Shown: piece by piece, positions 30,111-38,617 of the stretch
Layout: each line of letters opens with the position of its first letter
How positions within the stretch are numbered: position 1 is the stretch's first letter
Source of the DNA: Pseudomonadota bacterium
Lineage (GTDB): Bacteria; Pseudomonadota; Alphaproteobacteria; Rhizobiales; Beijerinckiaceae
NCBI GenBank assembly: GCA_020161575.1
Contig: JAIUNR010000008.1
Span: 29,195-93,194 of the forward strand
Direction: 5' to 3'
DNA length: 64,000 nucleotides
Notes under the pieces: generated by a model
What the model saw: the letters and a program-made list of their open reading frames with translations, nothing else
Database searches by the model: none
What the model was told of the DNA's origin: nothing
Position numbers and translations under genes: made by a program

Positions 30111-31252
30111 TGAGCGAAACGCTCGTTCTTTCGAATGCCGAGATCGTCACGGCGGATCAGCAGTTCCGCGGTTATGTCGTGGTGCAGGATGGCCGCATCG
30201 CGGAGATCGGCGAAGGCCGCCCGCCCGAAAAGGGCATCGACCTTGACGGCGACTTCCTGCTGCCGGGGCTTGTGGAACTGCACACGGACCATCTCGAAGT
30301 GCATTTCATGCCACGCCCGAAGGTGGAATGGCCGGCCATTTCCGCCGTGCTCGCGCATGATGCGCAGGTGATCGGTTCCGGCATCACCACCGTTTTCGAC
30401 GCCCTGCGCGTCGGCAATGATTACGACGACGAGAAATTCGGCGCGCGCATGAAGAAGCTCGCCGAGGCCATCGCCGCCGCGAAGGGGCAGGGGCTCACCC
30501 GCGCCGAGCATTTCGTGCATCTGCGCTGCGAGATTTCCTGCGCGGATGCCGTCGAGGAGATGCAGCCTTTCCTGACCGATCCGCAGCTCAAGCTCGTCTC
30601 GGTGATGGATCATACGCCCGGCCAGCGGCAATTCACCGATGTTTCCAAGTGGAAAACCTATTACGCGGGAAAGCGCGGCGCGAGCGAGGCGGAAATGAAC
30701 GAACGCATTGTTCGCCGCCGCGCCATCCACGAACAATATGCCGAGATCAACCGCCGCGAAATCGTCCGCCTTTGCCGGAGCCATGGCGTCACGCTCGCGA
30801 GCCATGACGATGCGACCGTGGGTCATGTGCAGGAGGCCGTGGCGGATGGCATGCATATCGCCGAGTTTCCGACCACGCTCGAAGCCGCGCAGGCCTCGCA
30901 CGAGGCCGGACTCAAGGTGCTGATGGGCGCGCCGAATGTGGTGCGCGGGGGCTCGCATTCCGGCAATGTCAGTGCACGCACGCTGGCCGAGAACGGCGTG
31001 CTCGATGTCCTCTCCTCCGATTACGTGCCCACAAGCCTGCTGATGGGCGCCTTCGCGCTGGGGCATGTTCCGGGCATCGGCGGCTTGCCGGGCGCCATCC
31101 GTCTCGTGAGCAAGAACCCGGCCGAGGCATCCGGCCTTGCCGATCGCGGCGAGATCGCCTCGGGGAAGCGCGCGGATCTCATCCGGGTTGATGCGGCCTC
31201 CGGCCAGCCGGTTCTGCGCGCGGCCTGGCGCGAGGGATCGCGCGTCTCATGA
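30107..31252 (+). CDS. phnM: Alpha-D-ribose 1-methylphosphonate 5-triphosphate diphosphatase
   Basis: [68 protein letters not shown]. Confidence 0.96.
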   Translation: MMSETLVLSNAEIVTADQQFRGYVVVQDGRIAEIGEGRPPEKGIDLDGDFLLPGLVELHTDHLEVHFMPRPKVEWPAISAVLAHDAQVIGSGITTVFDALRVGNDYDDEKFGARMKKLAEAIAAAKGQGLTRAEHFVHLRCEISCADAVEEMQPFLTDPQLKLVSVMDHTPGQRQFTDVSKWKTYYAGKRGASEAEMNERIVRRRAIHEQYAEINRREIVRLCRSHGVTLASHDDATVGHVQEAVADGMHIAEFPTTLEAAQASHEAGLKVLMGAPNVVRGGSHSGNVSARTLAENGVLDVLSSDYVPTSLLMGAFALGHVPGIGGLPGAIRLVSKNPAEASGLADRGEIASGKRADLIRVDAASGQPVLRAAWREGSRVS

Positions 31253-31818
31253 GCGCGCCGGGGTTTTTCGTCGCCGTGGTCGGTCCGAGCGGCGCCGGCA
31301 AGGATAGCATCCTCGCGCGGCTTGAAACGGTGCTGCCGCCGGCACGATTTGCCTTTCCCCGGCGCATCATTTCGCGCATCGCGGATGGCAGCGAGGCCAG
31401 CACCTTTCTCGCGGCGAGCGCATTTCCTGCTGCGCGCGCGCGCGGCGATTTCCTCATCGACTGGGAAGCCCATGGCCTGTGCTATGCGATTCCGGCGAGC
31501 ACGCGCGGTGAACTCGATGAGGGGCGGCATGTCATCGCCAATCTCTCGCGTTCCGTGCTTCCGGTGCTGCGGATGAAGGGAATTCGTGTGTTTGTGGTGC
31601 ATGTCACGGCGCGGGCGGAGGTGCTGGAGCAGCGCCTGCGTCTGCGCGGCAGGGAGTTCGACGCGGATCAGCGCGCCCGGCTCGCCCGCGGCGAAGCACT
31701 GGACCGGGAGGTTGAAGCCGATCTGCGCATCGAGAATAACGGCTCGCTCGACAGTGCCGTGAGTGCCCTGGTTGCGGCGCTGGCGCCGCTTGTGGCGCAG
31801 GAGCGCCGATCCGCATGA
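31249..31818 (+). CDS. phnN: Ribose 1,5-bisphosphokinase
   Basis: VVGPSGAGKDS, RRIISR, WEAHGLCYAIP, NLSR, RGRE. Confidence 0.9.
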   Translation: MSAPGFFVAVVGPSGAGKDSILARLETVLPPARFAFPRRIISRIADGSEASTFLAASAFPAARARGDFLIDWEAHGLCYAIPASTRGELDEGRHVIANLSRSVLPVLRMKGIRVFVVHVTARAEVLEQRLRLRGREFDADQRARLARGEALDREVEADLRIENNGSLDSAVSALVAALAPLVAQERRSA

Positions 31819-32537
31819 ACCCCGAGCCGCGCTATGCAATCTATCTCGCGCCGGAGCCGCAGGAGAAGCTCTGGCAATTCGGCTCGGCATGGCTGGGGTA
31901 TGATGCCGCCTCGCGGGCGGATGTGAAGCAGCCGGCACTTCAGGGCATTCCGTCGGATGTTCTTCGCGAAGCGACGGCGCATCCCCGCCTCTACGGGCTG
32001 CATGTCACGCTGAAGGCGCCGTTCAGGCTTGCCGAAGGCATCGGGGTGGATGCGCTGGAACGGGCGGTGGCGGAACTTGCGCGCCGGCACGCGCCGATTG
32101 GCCCCTTCTCGCTCGCGCTTGAAGCGCGACAGGCGGGCGAAGACGCGGTTTTCCTTTGCCTCGTGCCCGCGCCGATGCAGCCGACTTTGCACCGGCTTGA
32201 GGCGGAAGCGGTGATCACGCTCGACCCTTTGCGCGCGCCTCTCACACCCGGTGAAATCGCCCGGCGTAGGCCGGATCGCCTCACGCGCAGGGAGCGCGCC
32301 CATCTCGAGCGCTATGGATATCCGTATGTGCTCGATTGCTTTCGCCCGCATCTCTCGCTCACCGGCCCCATCGCGGCGGATTCGCCGTTGCGCCCGGCTC
32401 TGGCCGATTATCTGACGGCGGAGCCGGCCATGATGCAGCTTTCCGTTCTGTCCTTGCTGCTTTTCGAGCAACCCGAGGCGGGTGCGCGGTTTCACATCCG
32501 CCAGCGATATCGCCTTGGCGGCGAGGCGGATGAATAG
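31815..32537 (+). CDS. DUF1045-family protein (2H phosphoesterase-like)
   Basis: RYAIYLAP, GSAWLGYD, two H-x-T/S motifs (YGLHVTLKAPF, FRPHLSLTG), YGYPYV; last gene of the phn operon. Confidence 0.85.
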   Translation: MNPEPRYAIYLAPEPQEKLWQFGSAWLGYDAASRADVKQPALQGIPSDVLREATAHPRLYGLHVTLKAPFRLAEGIGVDALERAVAELARRHAPIGPFSLALEARQAGEDAVFLCLVPAPMQPTLHRLEAEAVITLDPLRAPLTPGEIARRRPDRLTRRERAHLERYGYPYVLDCFRPHLSLTGPIAADSPLRPALADYLTAEPAMMQLSVLSLLLFEQPEAGARFHIRQRYRLGGEADE

Positions 32538-32554
32538 GCTGAGCAAGAAGGAAG

Positions 32555-33013
32555 CTATATCCCTTTCTGCATGTAGACGCGCCGGAAATTGTTTTCGGTT
32601 GCCCGGTATATTTCCTTGTACCCAAGCTTCTCATAGAGCGTGATGTTTTCCGTCATCGCTTCGTTTGTGTAGAGCTTGATGGCGTTTACGCCCATTTCGC
32701 GCGCCTTTTCTTCCAAGAAAGTCATGAGCCGGCGACCAAAACCACGGTGCTGATGGGCGGGGCTGACGGCAATGTTATCGAGAAGAAGCACATCCTGCTC
32801 CCGAACAAGAACGAGGAGCCCGGCAACCTGTCCTTGAGCTTCGAGCACATGCACCAAATGCCGCGCGATCAAGGCTTCGTAATTATCGAGCATGGGGCCG
32901 GGCGCCCGGCCTATTCGTGAAATATAAGGCGTGTAGGCCGCTTCCACGATTGTCGTGATCGCCTCGATATCTTCAGGGGTTGCGGGCCGGATGGGGAATT
33001 CGTCTGGCGACAT
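32555..33013 (-). CDS. GNAT-family N-acetyltransferase
   Basis: LLLDNIAVSPAHQHRGFGRRLM acetyl-CoA motif A and NITLYEKLGY motif B. Confidence 0.9.
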   Translation of the reverse strand: MSPDEFPIRPATPEDIEAITTIVEAAYTPYISRIGRAPGPMLDNYEALIARHLVHVLEAQGQVAGLLVLVREQDVLLLDNIAVSPAHQHRGFGRRLMTFLEEKAREMGVNAIKLYTNEAMTENITLYEKLGYKEIYRATENNFRRVYMQKGI

Positions 33014-33169
33014 GATTTCGCGACCTTTCAGATGCGCGCTGCAAAGACGTTTCCTTCGACCTGGTTCTTAAACTATTTGACCAAGATCGATCGGCATGTG
33101 TCAAATACCAGTCATGAGAAGATCGGGCGCTTGCGTGGCGGCTGCGCCCGTTGCCGGACAGGGTTTTCG

Positions 33170-33583
33170 ATGCTTTCGACCCGTTTGCGACAGATCGCCG
33201 ACGCGCTGCCGCTGCGGCGCGGAATGCGCGTGCTGGAAATCGGCTGCGGTCCCGGCGCTCTGGCGCGGGCGATCGCGGCGCGCCTTGGAGATGGCTATGT
33301 GCTGGGGATCGACCGATCCGAAGCCGCGATCTCGAAAGCAGGCGCCCTGGTGGCTGGTGCGGGCGCCCGCCTCGAATTTCAATGCATCGCCATCGAGGAT
33401 TTTCGATTGAGGGATAACGCGCCTCCTTTTGATCTCGCCATCGCCATTCGCGTCGGCGCTTTCGACGGAAGGCAACCGCGCGTCGCGGGTGAAGCACGGT
33501 TGCGTGTCTTCACGGCGCTGGCGCCGGGCGGGCGCTTCTTCATCGATGGCGGAGATCCGCTCAAGGAAGTGCCAAGGCCATGA
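33170..33583 (+). CDS. Small class I SAM-dependent methyltransferase
   Basis: RVLEIGCGPG motif I, LGIDRS motif II, FDLAIAIRVG, LAPGGRFFI. Start inferred at MLSTRL. Confidence 0.82.
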   Translation: MLSTRLRQIADALPLRRGMRVLEIGCGPGALARAIAARLGDGYVLGIDRSEAAISKAGALVAGAGARLEFQCIAIEDFRLRDNAPPFDLAIAIRVGAFDGRQPRVAGEARLRVFTALAPGGRFFIDGGDPLKEVPRP

Positions 33584-34689
33584 ACGGTGCAAGCATGCAA
33601 ATCCCGCAGCAGAGAGAGACACTATCAATCGGCGTTCTCGCGCCGTTGCGCAGTCCGGGCTGGGCGGAGGCCGGGCGCAATCTTCTGGCGGGGTTGCGTC
33701 TGGCGGCCGAAGACATCAACACGGCCGGCGGGCTCGCGGGGCGACGACTGGAACTGCTGGTCCGGGATACGGCGGCTGACCCTGCGCTTGCCGTCGCCGC
33801 CGTCGACGAACTTGACGATCTGGGCGTGTGTGCCCTGGCAGGCGAGTATCTCAGCGTTGTCGCTGGCGCCGTGGCGGCGCGCGCGCATGCCCGCCATATC
33901 CCCTTTGTATGCTCCTCGGCGGTGATGGACGCGCTGACGGAGGAAACAACCGATTGGGTCGCGCGCATCGCGCCGGTGCAATCCCGGGGATGGCGTTTTT
34001 TCGCGCAATATCTCGTGGATGCGGGACATCGGCGGGTCGCCCTGCTGGCGCAGGAGAGCCGTTACTGGTTGGCGGGCGCGAAAATCCTTGAAGAATCGCT
34101 CCGCGCTTATGGTGGCGAAGTCTTCATGCTCGATGCCTCGCGCGATGCAGGGGATTTGGCGGAGGCCCTGGCCGCGACCGGCGCGCGCTGCGCGCTCCTG
34201 CTCGCCGGGTTCCCGGACCCGGTAATCGACCTCGTTCATGCGCTGCGCGGTGATCCGCGCTTCGAGAAAATGCTTCTCGGCGCGCCCGCGGGGCAGCCGG
34301 AACTGGCGAGCTGGCTGGAGCGGCTTGGCGCGCAAGGCACGGGCGTTCCGTTTCTTCGCTACATGCCGCCCGCGCTGACGCAAACGGGCATCCGGGCCCA
34401 TCGGCGGCTTTCGGCGCAAATGCAGGGTGATCTGTCGTTTGTCGCGCTTGAGGGTTACGACACCCTGCTCGTGCTTTCGGAGATCATCCGCCGATGCGGG
34501 GCGGATCGTGCGGCTATCGCCGCGGGCTTCGGGAGATGTGAAGTCACGGGGACGCGGGGGAAGATCTCTTTCTCGCGCGTGCCCGGCGTGCCGGTCTGGC
34601 AATGGGCGTGGCCGGATATCCAGGTTGTCGCGCGCGCCGCCGACGATCCTGAAAGCTTCCTCGTGCTCGCGGAGCTTTCCGGGTCTTGA
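33580..34689 (+). CDS. Type 1 periplasmic-binding-fold protein (LivJ/K-like) with no evident signal peptide
   Basis: IGVLAPL, LAAEDINTAGGLAGRRLELLVRDT, ALAGEYLS, VALEGYD, GTRGKISF; the N-terminus is polar with no hydrophobic h-region. Confidence 0.75.
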   Translation: MNGASMQIPQQRETLSIGVLAPLRSPGWAEAGRNLLAGLRLAAEDINTAGGLAGRRLELLVRDTAADPALAVAAVDELDDLGVCALAGEYLSVVAGAVAARAHARHIPFVCSSAVMDALTEETTDWVARIAPVQSRGWRFFAQYLVDAGHRRVALLAQESRYWLAGAKILEESLRAYGGEVFMLDASRDAGDLAEALAATGARCALLLAGFPDPVIDLVHALRGDPRFEKMLLGAPAGQPELASWLERLGAQGTGVPFLRYMPPALTQTGIRAHRRLSAQMQGDLSFVALEGYDTLLVLSEIIRRCGADRAAIAAGFGRCEVTGTRGKISFSRVPGVPVWQWAWPDIQVVARAADDPESFLVLAELSGS

Positions 34690-34895
34690 AGCAGGATATT
34701 CCGGCACGACGGCCATGCCCGGAATTCCGGCCCAATGGCGAGGCCTTCATGACCGCCGACATCACCATGCAGAAGGAGGGAGGCGGAACGCGCTATCGCG
34801 CGCCGGTGCGCCACAAATCCGATGCGGATCGCAGCAAGCACGAGGAAATGGGCTTCCATGGAGGCTGGGGGACCTGGCTCGCCCGCCGCCTGTGA
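34686..34895 (+). pseudogene. C-terminal remnant of an SRPBCC/AHSA1-family gene
   Basis: FMTADITMQKEGGGTRYRAPVRHKSDADRSKHEEMGFHGGWGT matches the C-terminal strand/helix pattern of SRPBCC proteins (T-x-Y...H...H-E-E-M-G-F-H-x-G-W-G); the N-terminal two thirds are absent. Confidence 0.6.
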
Positions 34896-34902
34896 TCCGG
34901 CC

Positions 34903-35946
34903 TCACAACCCCGCCGCCTTGGTGAGGTTGACGCGGAAGCGTTCGCGCCGGCGCTGATAGCGGCGGGTCATTTCGGCGGAGGCATGGCCGAGCTGGCGTT
35001 GCGCATCGGCTTCATCGACCTCGGCGGATGAAGCAAGGCCGGCGCGCAGGGAATGTCCGCCAAACAGGGCGGCACGATCCTTCTCCGGCAGATCGGAACG
35101 GATGCCCGCCGCCAGCGCGGCCTGCTTGACAAGGCGGGCGATGTGCTTGTCATCGAGCCGCTCCGCTCCCACGCCGCCGTTCTTCTCCCGCACGCGGCGA
35201 AACACCGGCCCGTGCATGATGCGCGCGAGTTTCAGCCAGGTCTCCAGCGCATGAACGGGGCAGGAGCGCTCCGAGGAGCCGCGCCCGATCTCGATCTGCC
35301 GCCAGCCTGTCTTGCCGCGAATGCTCAGCAGGACGCCCTCCGCGACGATCTCGATCCAGCCGCCGGAATCGCCTGTCTGCTCCGGTCCGCAATCGAGGCC
35401 GGTGATTTCCGAACGCCTCAGGCCGCCCGCGAAGCCGATGAGCAGGATCGCGCGATCGCGATACCCCCGGAGGTTCTGCGGCAGGGTCGCGATCATCGCG
35501 AGAATATCCTCGGCGAGGAGCGCTTCCTTCTGGCGTGGCGGGCGGGCATGCTGGCGGCGGATGCCGGCCATGACATCGGCGATATGCCGGTCCTGCCGGG
35601 GCAGGGGCGTGCCGGCGGAAGCATAGGTGGTGGTGATCGCCGCGAGGCGTCGCTCGATGGTGGAAACGGCTGCCTTGGGCATGCCGTCGCCGGAGGCCGA
35701 GGCGGCGAGGAACAAGCCGACAATTTCCGGGCGCGGATCGTGGCTGTCGAAGCCTTTCCGGCGGCACCAGCGCGCGAATTGCGCCCAATCGGACGCATAG
35801 GCCTTGCGGGTATTGTCGCTTGAGCGCGCGGCGGCGTAATCACGCGCGGTCTGCGCGAGGCGAGCGAGGGCGGAGAGGGGAGCTGTTCCAGCAGGGTTGG
35901 GGAGGAGGGATGTACCCGCCGCCCGCTCGGTCTCGTCGGCGCTCAT
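34903..35946 (-). CDS. Tyrosine recombinase (site-specific integrase/resolvase)
   Basis: SAM-like N-terminus (NTRKAYASDWAQFARWC), RDRAILLIGFAGGLRRSEI (Arg I), GKT (Lys), GHSLRAG (H-x-x-R), QLGHAS, MTRRY (Tyr). Confidence 0.93.
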   Translation of the reverse strand: MSADETERAAGTSLLPNPAGTAPLSALARLAQTARDYAAARSSDNTRKAYASDWAQFARWCRRKGFDSHDPRPEIVGLFLAASASGDGMPKAAVSTIERRLAAITTTYASAGTPLPRQDRHIADVMAGIRRQHARPPRQKEALLAEDILAMIATLPQNLRGYRDRAILLIGFAGGLRRSEITGLDCGPEQTGDSGGWIEIVAEGVLLSIRGKTGWRQIEIGRGSSERSCPVHALETWLKLARIMHGPVFRRVREKNGGVGAERLDDKHIARLVKQAALAAGIRSDLPEKDRAALFGGHSLRAGLASSAEVDEADAQRQLGHASAEMTRRYQRRRERFRVNLTKAAGL

Positions 35947-35982
35947 GTTTCAAACTCCGTCGGCTTCTGGTACAACAAGCTT

Positions 35983-36279
35983 ATGAACCGGGACATCGCC
36001 ATCGCCGAGATCGCCGCCCACGCCCATGCGCTCCGAGCACGTGGCGTGACCGCCGCGTATCTCTTCGGCTCGACGGCGCGCGGCGAGGCGCGGGCCGACA
36101 GCGATCTCGATGTGTTCATTGACATCGCCCCCGACGCCAAATTCTCGCTGCTCGATCTGGCGGGTGTGCATCGAGTCCTCAACGAGGAGATCGGTCGTAG
36201 GGTTGATGTGATGACGCGGGAGAGCCTCCACCCCAAGCTCAGGGCCGCCATCGAGCGTGAAGCCGTGCGCGTGTTCTGA
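35983..36279 (+). CDS. Minimal nucleotidyltransferase (MntA-type antitoxin)
   Basis: YLFGSTARGEARADSDLDVFID = G-S-X10-D-X-D; 98 aa; overlaps the downstream HEPN gene by one base. Confidence 0.9.
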   Translation: MNRDIAIAEIAAHAHALRARGVTAAYLFGSTARGEARADSDLDVFIDIAPDAKFSLLDLAGVHRVLNEEIGRRVDVMTRESLHPKLRAAIEREAVRVF

Positions 36280-36623
36280 TGGGCCGCCGCCACGACGTTG
36301 TTCTGGAAGAGATCCTGCGGACGATTGATCTGGCGCAAAATGCAGTCTCCGGCATCGACAAGGCGGCGTTTGACAAGGATCTGTTCCGGCAGCTCGGTAT
36401 CGAGCGAACACTGGAAATCATTTCTGAAGCCGTGCGCCACCTGCCGGACGAGATGCTGGCGATGCACCCCGATATCTGCTGGGCGGATGTGCGTGCGATC
36501 GGCAATGTCATCCGGCACGAATACTGGCGTATCGACCCAACCATCGTCTGGCGTATCGTCCTGGATGATCTGCCTGCCCTGCGCGCTGCCGTCGACGCGA
36601 TGCTGAAGCGCGCGGGGACATGA
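36279..36623 (+). CDS. HEPN/DUF86 toxin (HepT type)
   Basis: IERTLEIISEAVRHLP, HPDICWADVRAIGNVIRHEYWRIDPTIVWRIV; 114 aa, paired with MNT. Confidence 0.88.
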   Translation: MGRRHDVVLEEILRTIDLAQNAVSGIDKAAFDKDLFRQLGIERTLEIISEAVRHLPDEMLAMHPDICWADVRAIGNVIRHEYWRIDPTIVWRIVLDDLPALRAAVDAMLKRAGT

Positions 36624-36807
36624 GCCCTTCTTGGTGGATTGGGCGCAACCCGGCGAACCGGCTTGCCTCAGCGCGATCATTGTAACCCAGGCGATGGAGG
36701 TGCTCGTTCAGAGCTTGGTGGATGGCCGCCGTCTTGCTGACACCTTGGCGGCGCGCGAGTTCATCGGCGAGGACGACGGTGGCCGGATTTTTGATGTTGA
36801 GAGACAC
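36624..36807 (-). pseudogene. VapB-like (Rv0623-type RHH) antitoxin remnant with no cognate toxin
   Basis: From GTG at 36807: MSLNIKNPATVVLADELARRQGVSKTAAIHQALNEHL. The frame continues antisense into the HEPN gene (stop at 36508) and no PIN toxin follows. Confidence 0.62.
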
Positions 36808-36869
36808 GAGAGGCCCCAAAAATCTACCATTTCCCCAAGATCTACCCCAAAAATCCGCCGCGTGTCAAA

Positions 36870-36898
36870 ATGTCCGATAAGGCAAACTTATTGGACAT
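36870..36898. repeat. Inverted repeat resembling a tyrosine-recombinase core site
   Basis: ATGTCCGATAA-GGCAAAC-TTATTGGACAT: 11-bp arms (one mismatch) ending TAA/TTA around a 7-bp asymmetric spacer. Confidence 0.65.
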
Positions 36899-36936
36899 AA
36901 ATTGCAAGATACGGATACGGCGTTTATTCATCGAAA

Positions 36937-36964
36937 GAGTAGCATAACCGCCGTTATGGTGTAG
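36937..36964. repeat. dif/Xer-like core site
   Basis: GAGTAGCATAA-CCGCCG-TTATGGTGTAG: GCATAA-N6-TTATG matches the inner core of dif sites; the outer arms diverge. Confidence 0.45.
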
Positions 36965-36973
36965 GCTGAATCC

Positions 36974-37960
36974 ATGGATTCGTCGGCACAACCCCTTTCC
37001 CCTGAACCGGAACGCGCCGTCGCACGTGCCTCCGGAGCGCGGCGGAAGCCGCGGCAAGGTAAAGGGCGTGACGCTGGTGATAACGCCTTGATGTTCCAGC
37101 CGCTTCCGCGCTGGGTGAATGCAGGCGATCATCGGGTGGCGGGGAGTTCCAGCCGGTCGAAAACGGCGGTCGGAGGCATCACCGGGCACGACGCCATCTC
37201 GGCCGGTGCCGCCCTTTTCGCGCTCGACCAGATTATCCGCGCCGAGCCTCCGTTTCTGGGGGCGTGGCGCATGCGGATCGCGCTTCAAGCCGCGGTTTCG
37301 GCTTCGCGCTTGCTGCGCGCCCGGGCCGATGAGGCTGAATTGCGCGACACCCTGCACCTCACCCGCGACGGCGACGAGCCGGGCCCGGCAGGGCGCGCGC
37401 ATCTTCTGCTCAGGCGCCTTGCTCACAATCCGGTGCGGCTGGCCTTGGCGCAGCTGGAAGCGCTGGGAGCGCTGAGCAAGGGTGATGGCGTGGCTGAGTT
37501 GCTGGCGCTGCTCCGGGAGGATATCGCGCTTGCCGAATGGCTGGGATGGCATCGCCCCCTGCCGCTGCATCTGATGGCGGCCTATGATCCGGCAATCCGA
37601 GGCGATGCGGAGGGGCGGCGCATCCGCGTCGGCGCGCCAGGATGGGAGCAGATCCGCCATGCGGTTGCCGCGCGGGCCGCGATCGCGGCGCATCAGATGG
37701 CGGTAACGCTCGCCGGGCGTGCGGAAAAGCTGATCGCCGCCGCCGAGACCTTGCGTACGCGCGATGGCGAGGCGGGCCTTGCATTGATCCTTGGCGATGA
37801 TTGCGTCGCGCCCTGGCGGATGGCGGGGGGGGAGGCCCGTGCCGCTTCCACCGGCATGGGCTCCGATCGCGCGGCGCGTCGCTTCTGCGAGAGCCTGCAC
37901 GCGAAGGGCGCGTTGCGGCTCCTTACCCCGCGCCCGACCTTCCGACTCTATGGGCTTTGA
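36974..37960 (+). CDS. DUF1403-family protein
   Basis: AGAALFALD, GAWRMRIALQAA, EAELRD...GDEPGPAG and the C-terminal RAARR...GALRLLTPRPTFRLYGL are recognisable DUF1403 features; typical integrase/ScpB neighbourhood. Confidence 0.78.
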   Translation: MDSSAQPLSPEPERAVARASGARRKPRQGKGRDAGDNALMFQPLPRWVNAGDHRVAGSSSRSKTAVGGITGHDAISAGAALFALDQIIRAEPPFLGAWRMRIALQAAVSASRLLRARADEAELRDTLHLTRDGDEPGPAGRAHLLLRRLAHNPVRLALAQLEALGALSKGDGVAELLALLREDIALAEWLGWHRPLPLHLMAAYDPAIRGDAEGRRIRVGAPGWEQIRHAVAARAAIAAHQMAVTLAGRAEKLIAAAETLRTRDGEAGLALILGDDCVAPWRMAGGEARAASTGMGSDRAARRFCESLHAKGALRLLTPRPTFRLYGL

Positions 37961-38018
37961 TGGAAGGCGCGGAGATGATATTCTTACGAATAGGTCATCG
38001 ATCTAGATGGAGAAAGAT

Positions 38019-38231
38019 ATGAGCGCCAAGGCAAAGCTCTCCGCGAAGTTCCAGATCAGCATTCCCAAGGAAGTGCGCGAGGCGCAAGCCTGGAAGGCGG
38101 GCCAGGAGTTCGTGTTCATCCCCAAGGGCAAGGGGGTGATGGTCATGCCTGTGCCGGAATTGGCTGAACTCGCCGGCCTCGCGCGTGGTGCCGCTCAGAC
38201 CGGCTACCGCGACCGCAATGACCGCTTCTGA
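38019..38231 (+). CDS. AbrB/MazE/SpoVT-family antitoxin
   Basis: AKLSAKFQISIPKEVREAQAWKAGQEFVF swapped-hairpin motif; GGAG RBS favours ATG 38019; coupled to the PIN gene. Confidence 0.9.
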   Translation: MSAKAKLSAKFQISIPKEVREAQAWKAGQEFVFIPKGKGVMVMPVPELAELAGLARGAAQTGYRDRNDRF

Positions 38232-38611
38232 TGCGCGTCGTCGACACCTCTGCCTGGATCGAGTGGCTGCTCGACAATCCGCTCAAGGCCGAGTTGGCCT
38301 TGCATTGGCCATCACGGGAGGCGACGCTGGTGCCGACCCTTGTGCAGCATGAACTCACAAAATGGCTCTGCCGTGAGGCTTCAGAGGCGGCGGCCGATCA
38401 GGCCATCGCCTACACGATGCGGTGTCATGTCGTGGCGCTGGACACGCGGATCGCGCTTCGTGCAGCCGAACTCGCCGGGGCGCACAAGCTCGCGACCGCC
38501 GACGCGATCATCTATGCGACGGCTTTGGAGCATGGTGCCGGGCTTCTAACCTGCGACGCGCATTTTGAAGGGCTGCCGGGGGTTGAGTTCATCCGTAAGC
38601 CGGCAGGGTAA
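38231..38611 (+). CDS. vapC: VapC PIN-domain toxin
   Basis: MRVVDTSAWIE, VQHEL, LATADAIIYATA, LLTCDAHF acidic PIN residues. Confidence 0.9.
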   Translation: MRVVDTSAWIEWLLDNPLKAELALHWPSREATLVPTLVQHELTKWLCREASEAAADQAIAYTMRCHVVALDTRIALRAAELAGAHKLATADAIIYATALEHGAGLLTCDAHFEGLPGVEFIRKPAG

Positions 38612-38617
38612 ATCGCC

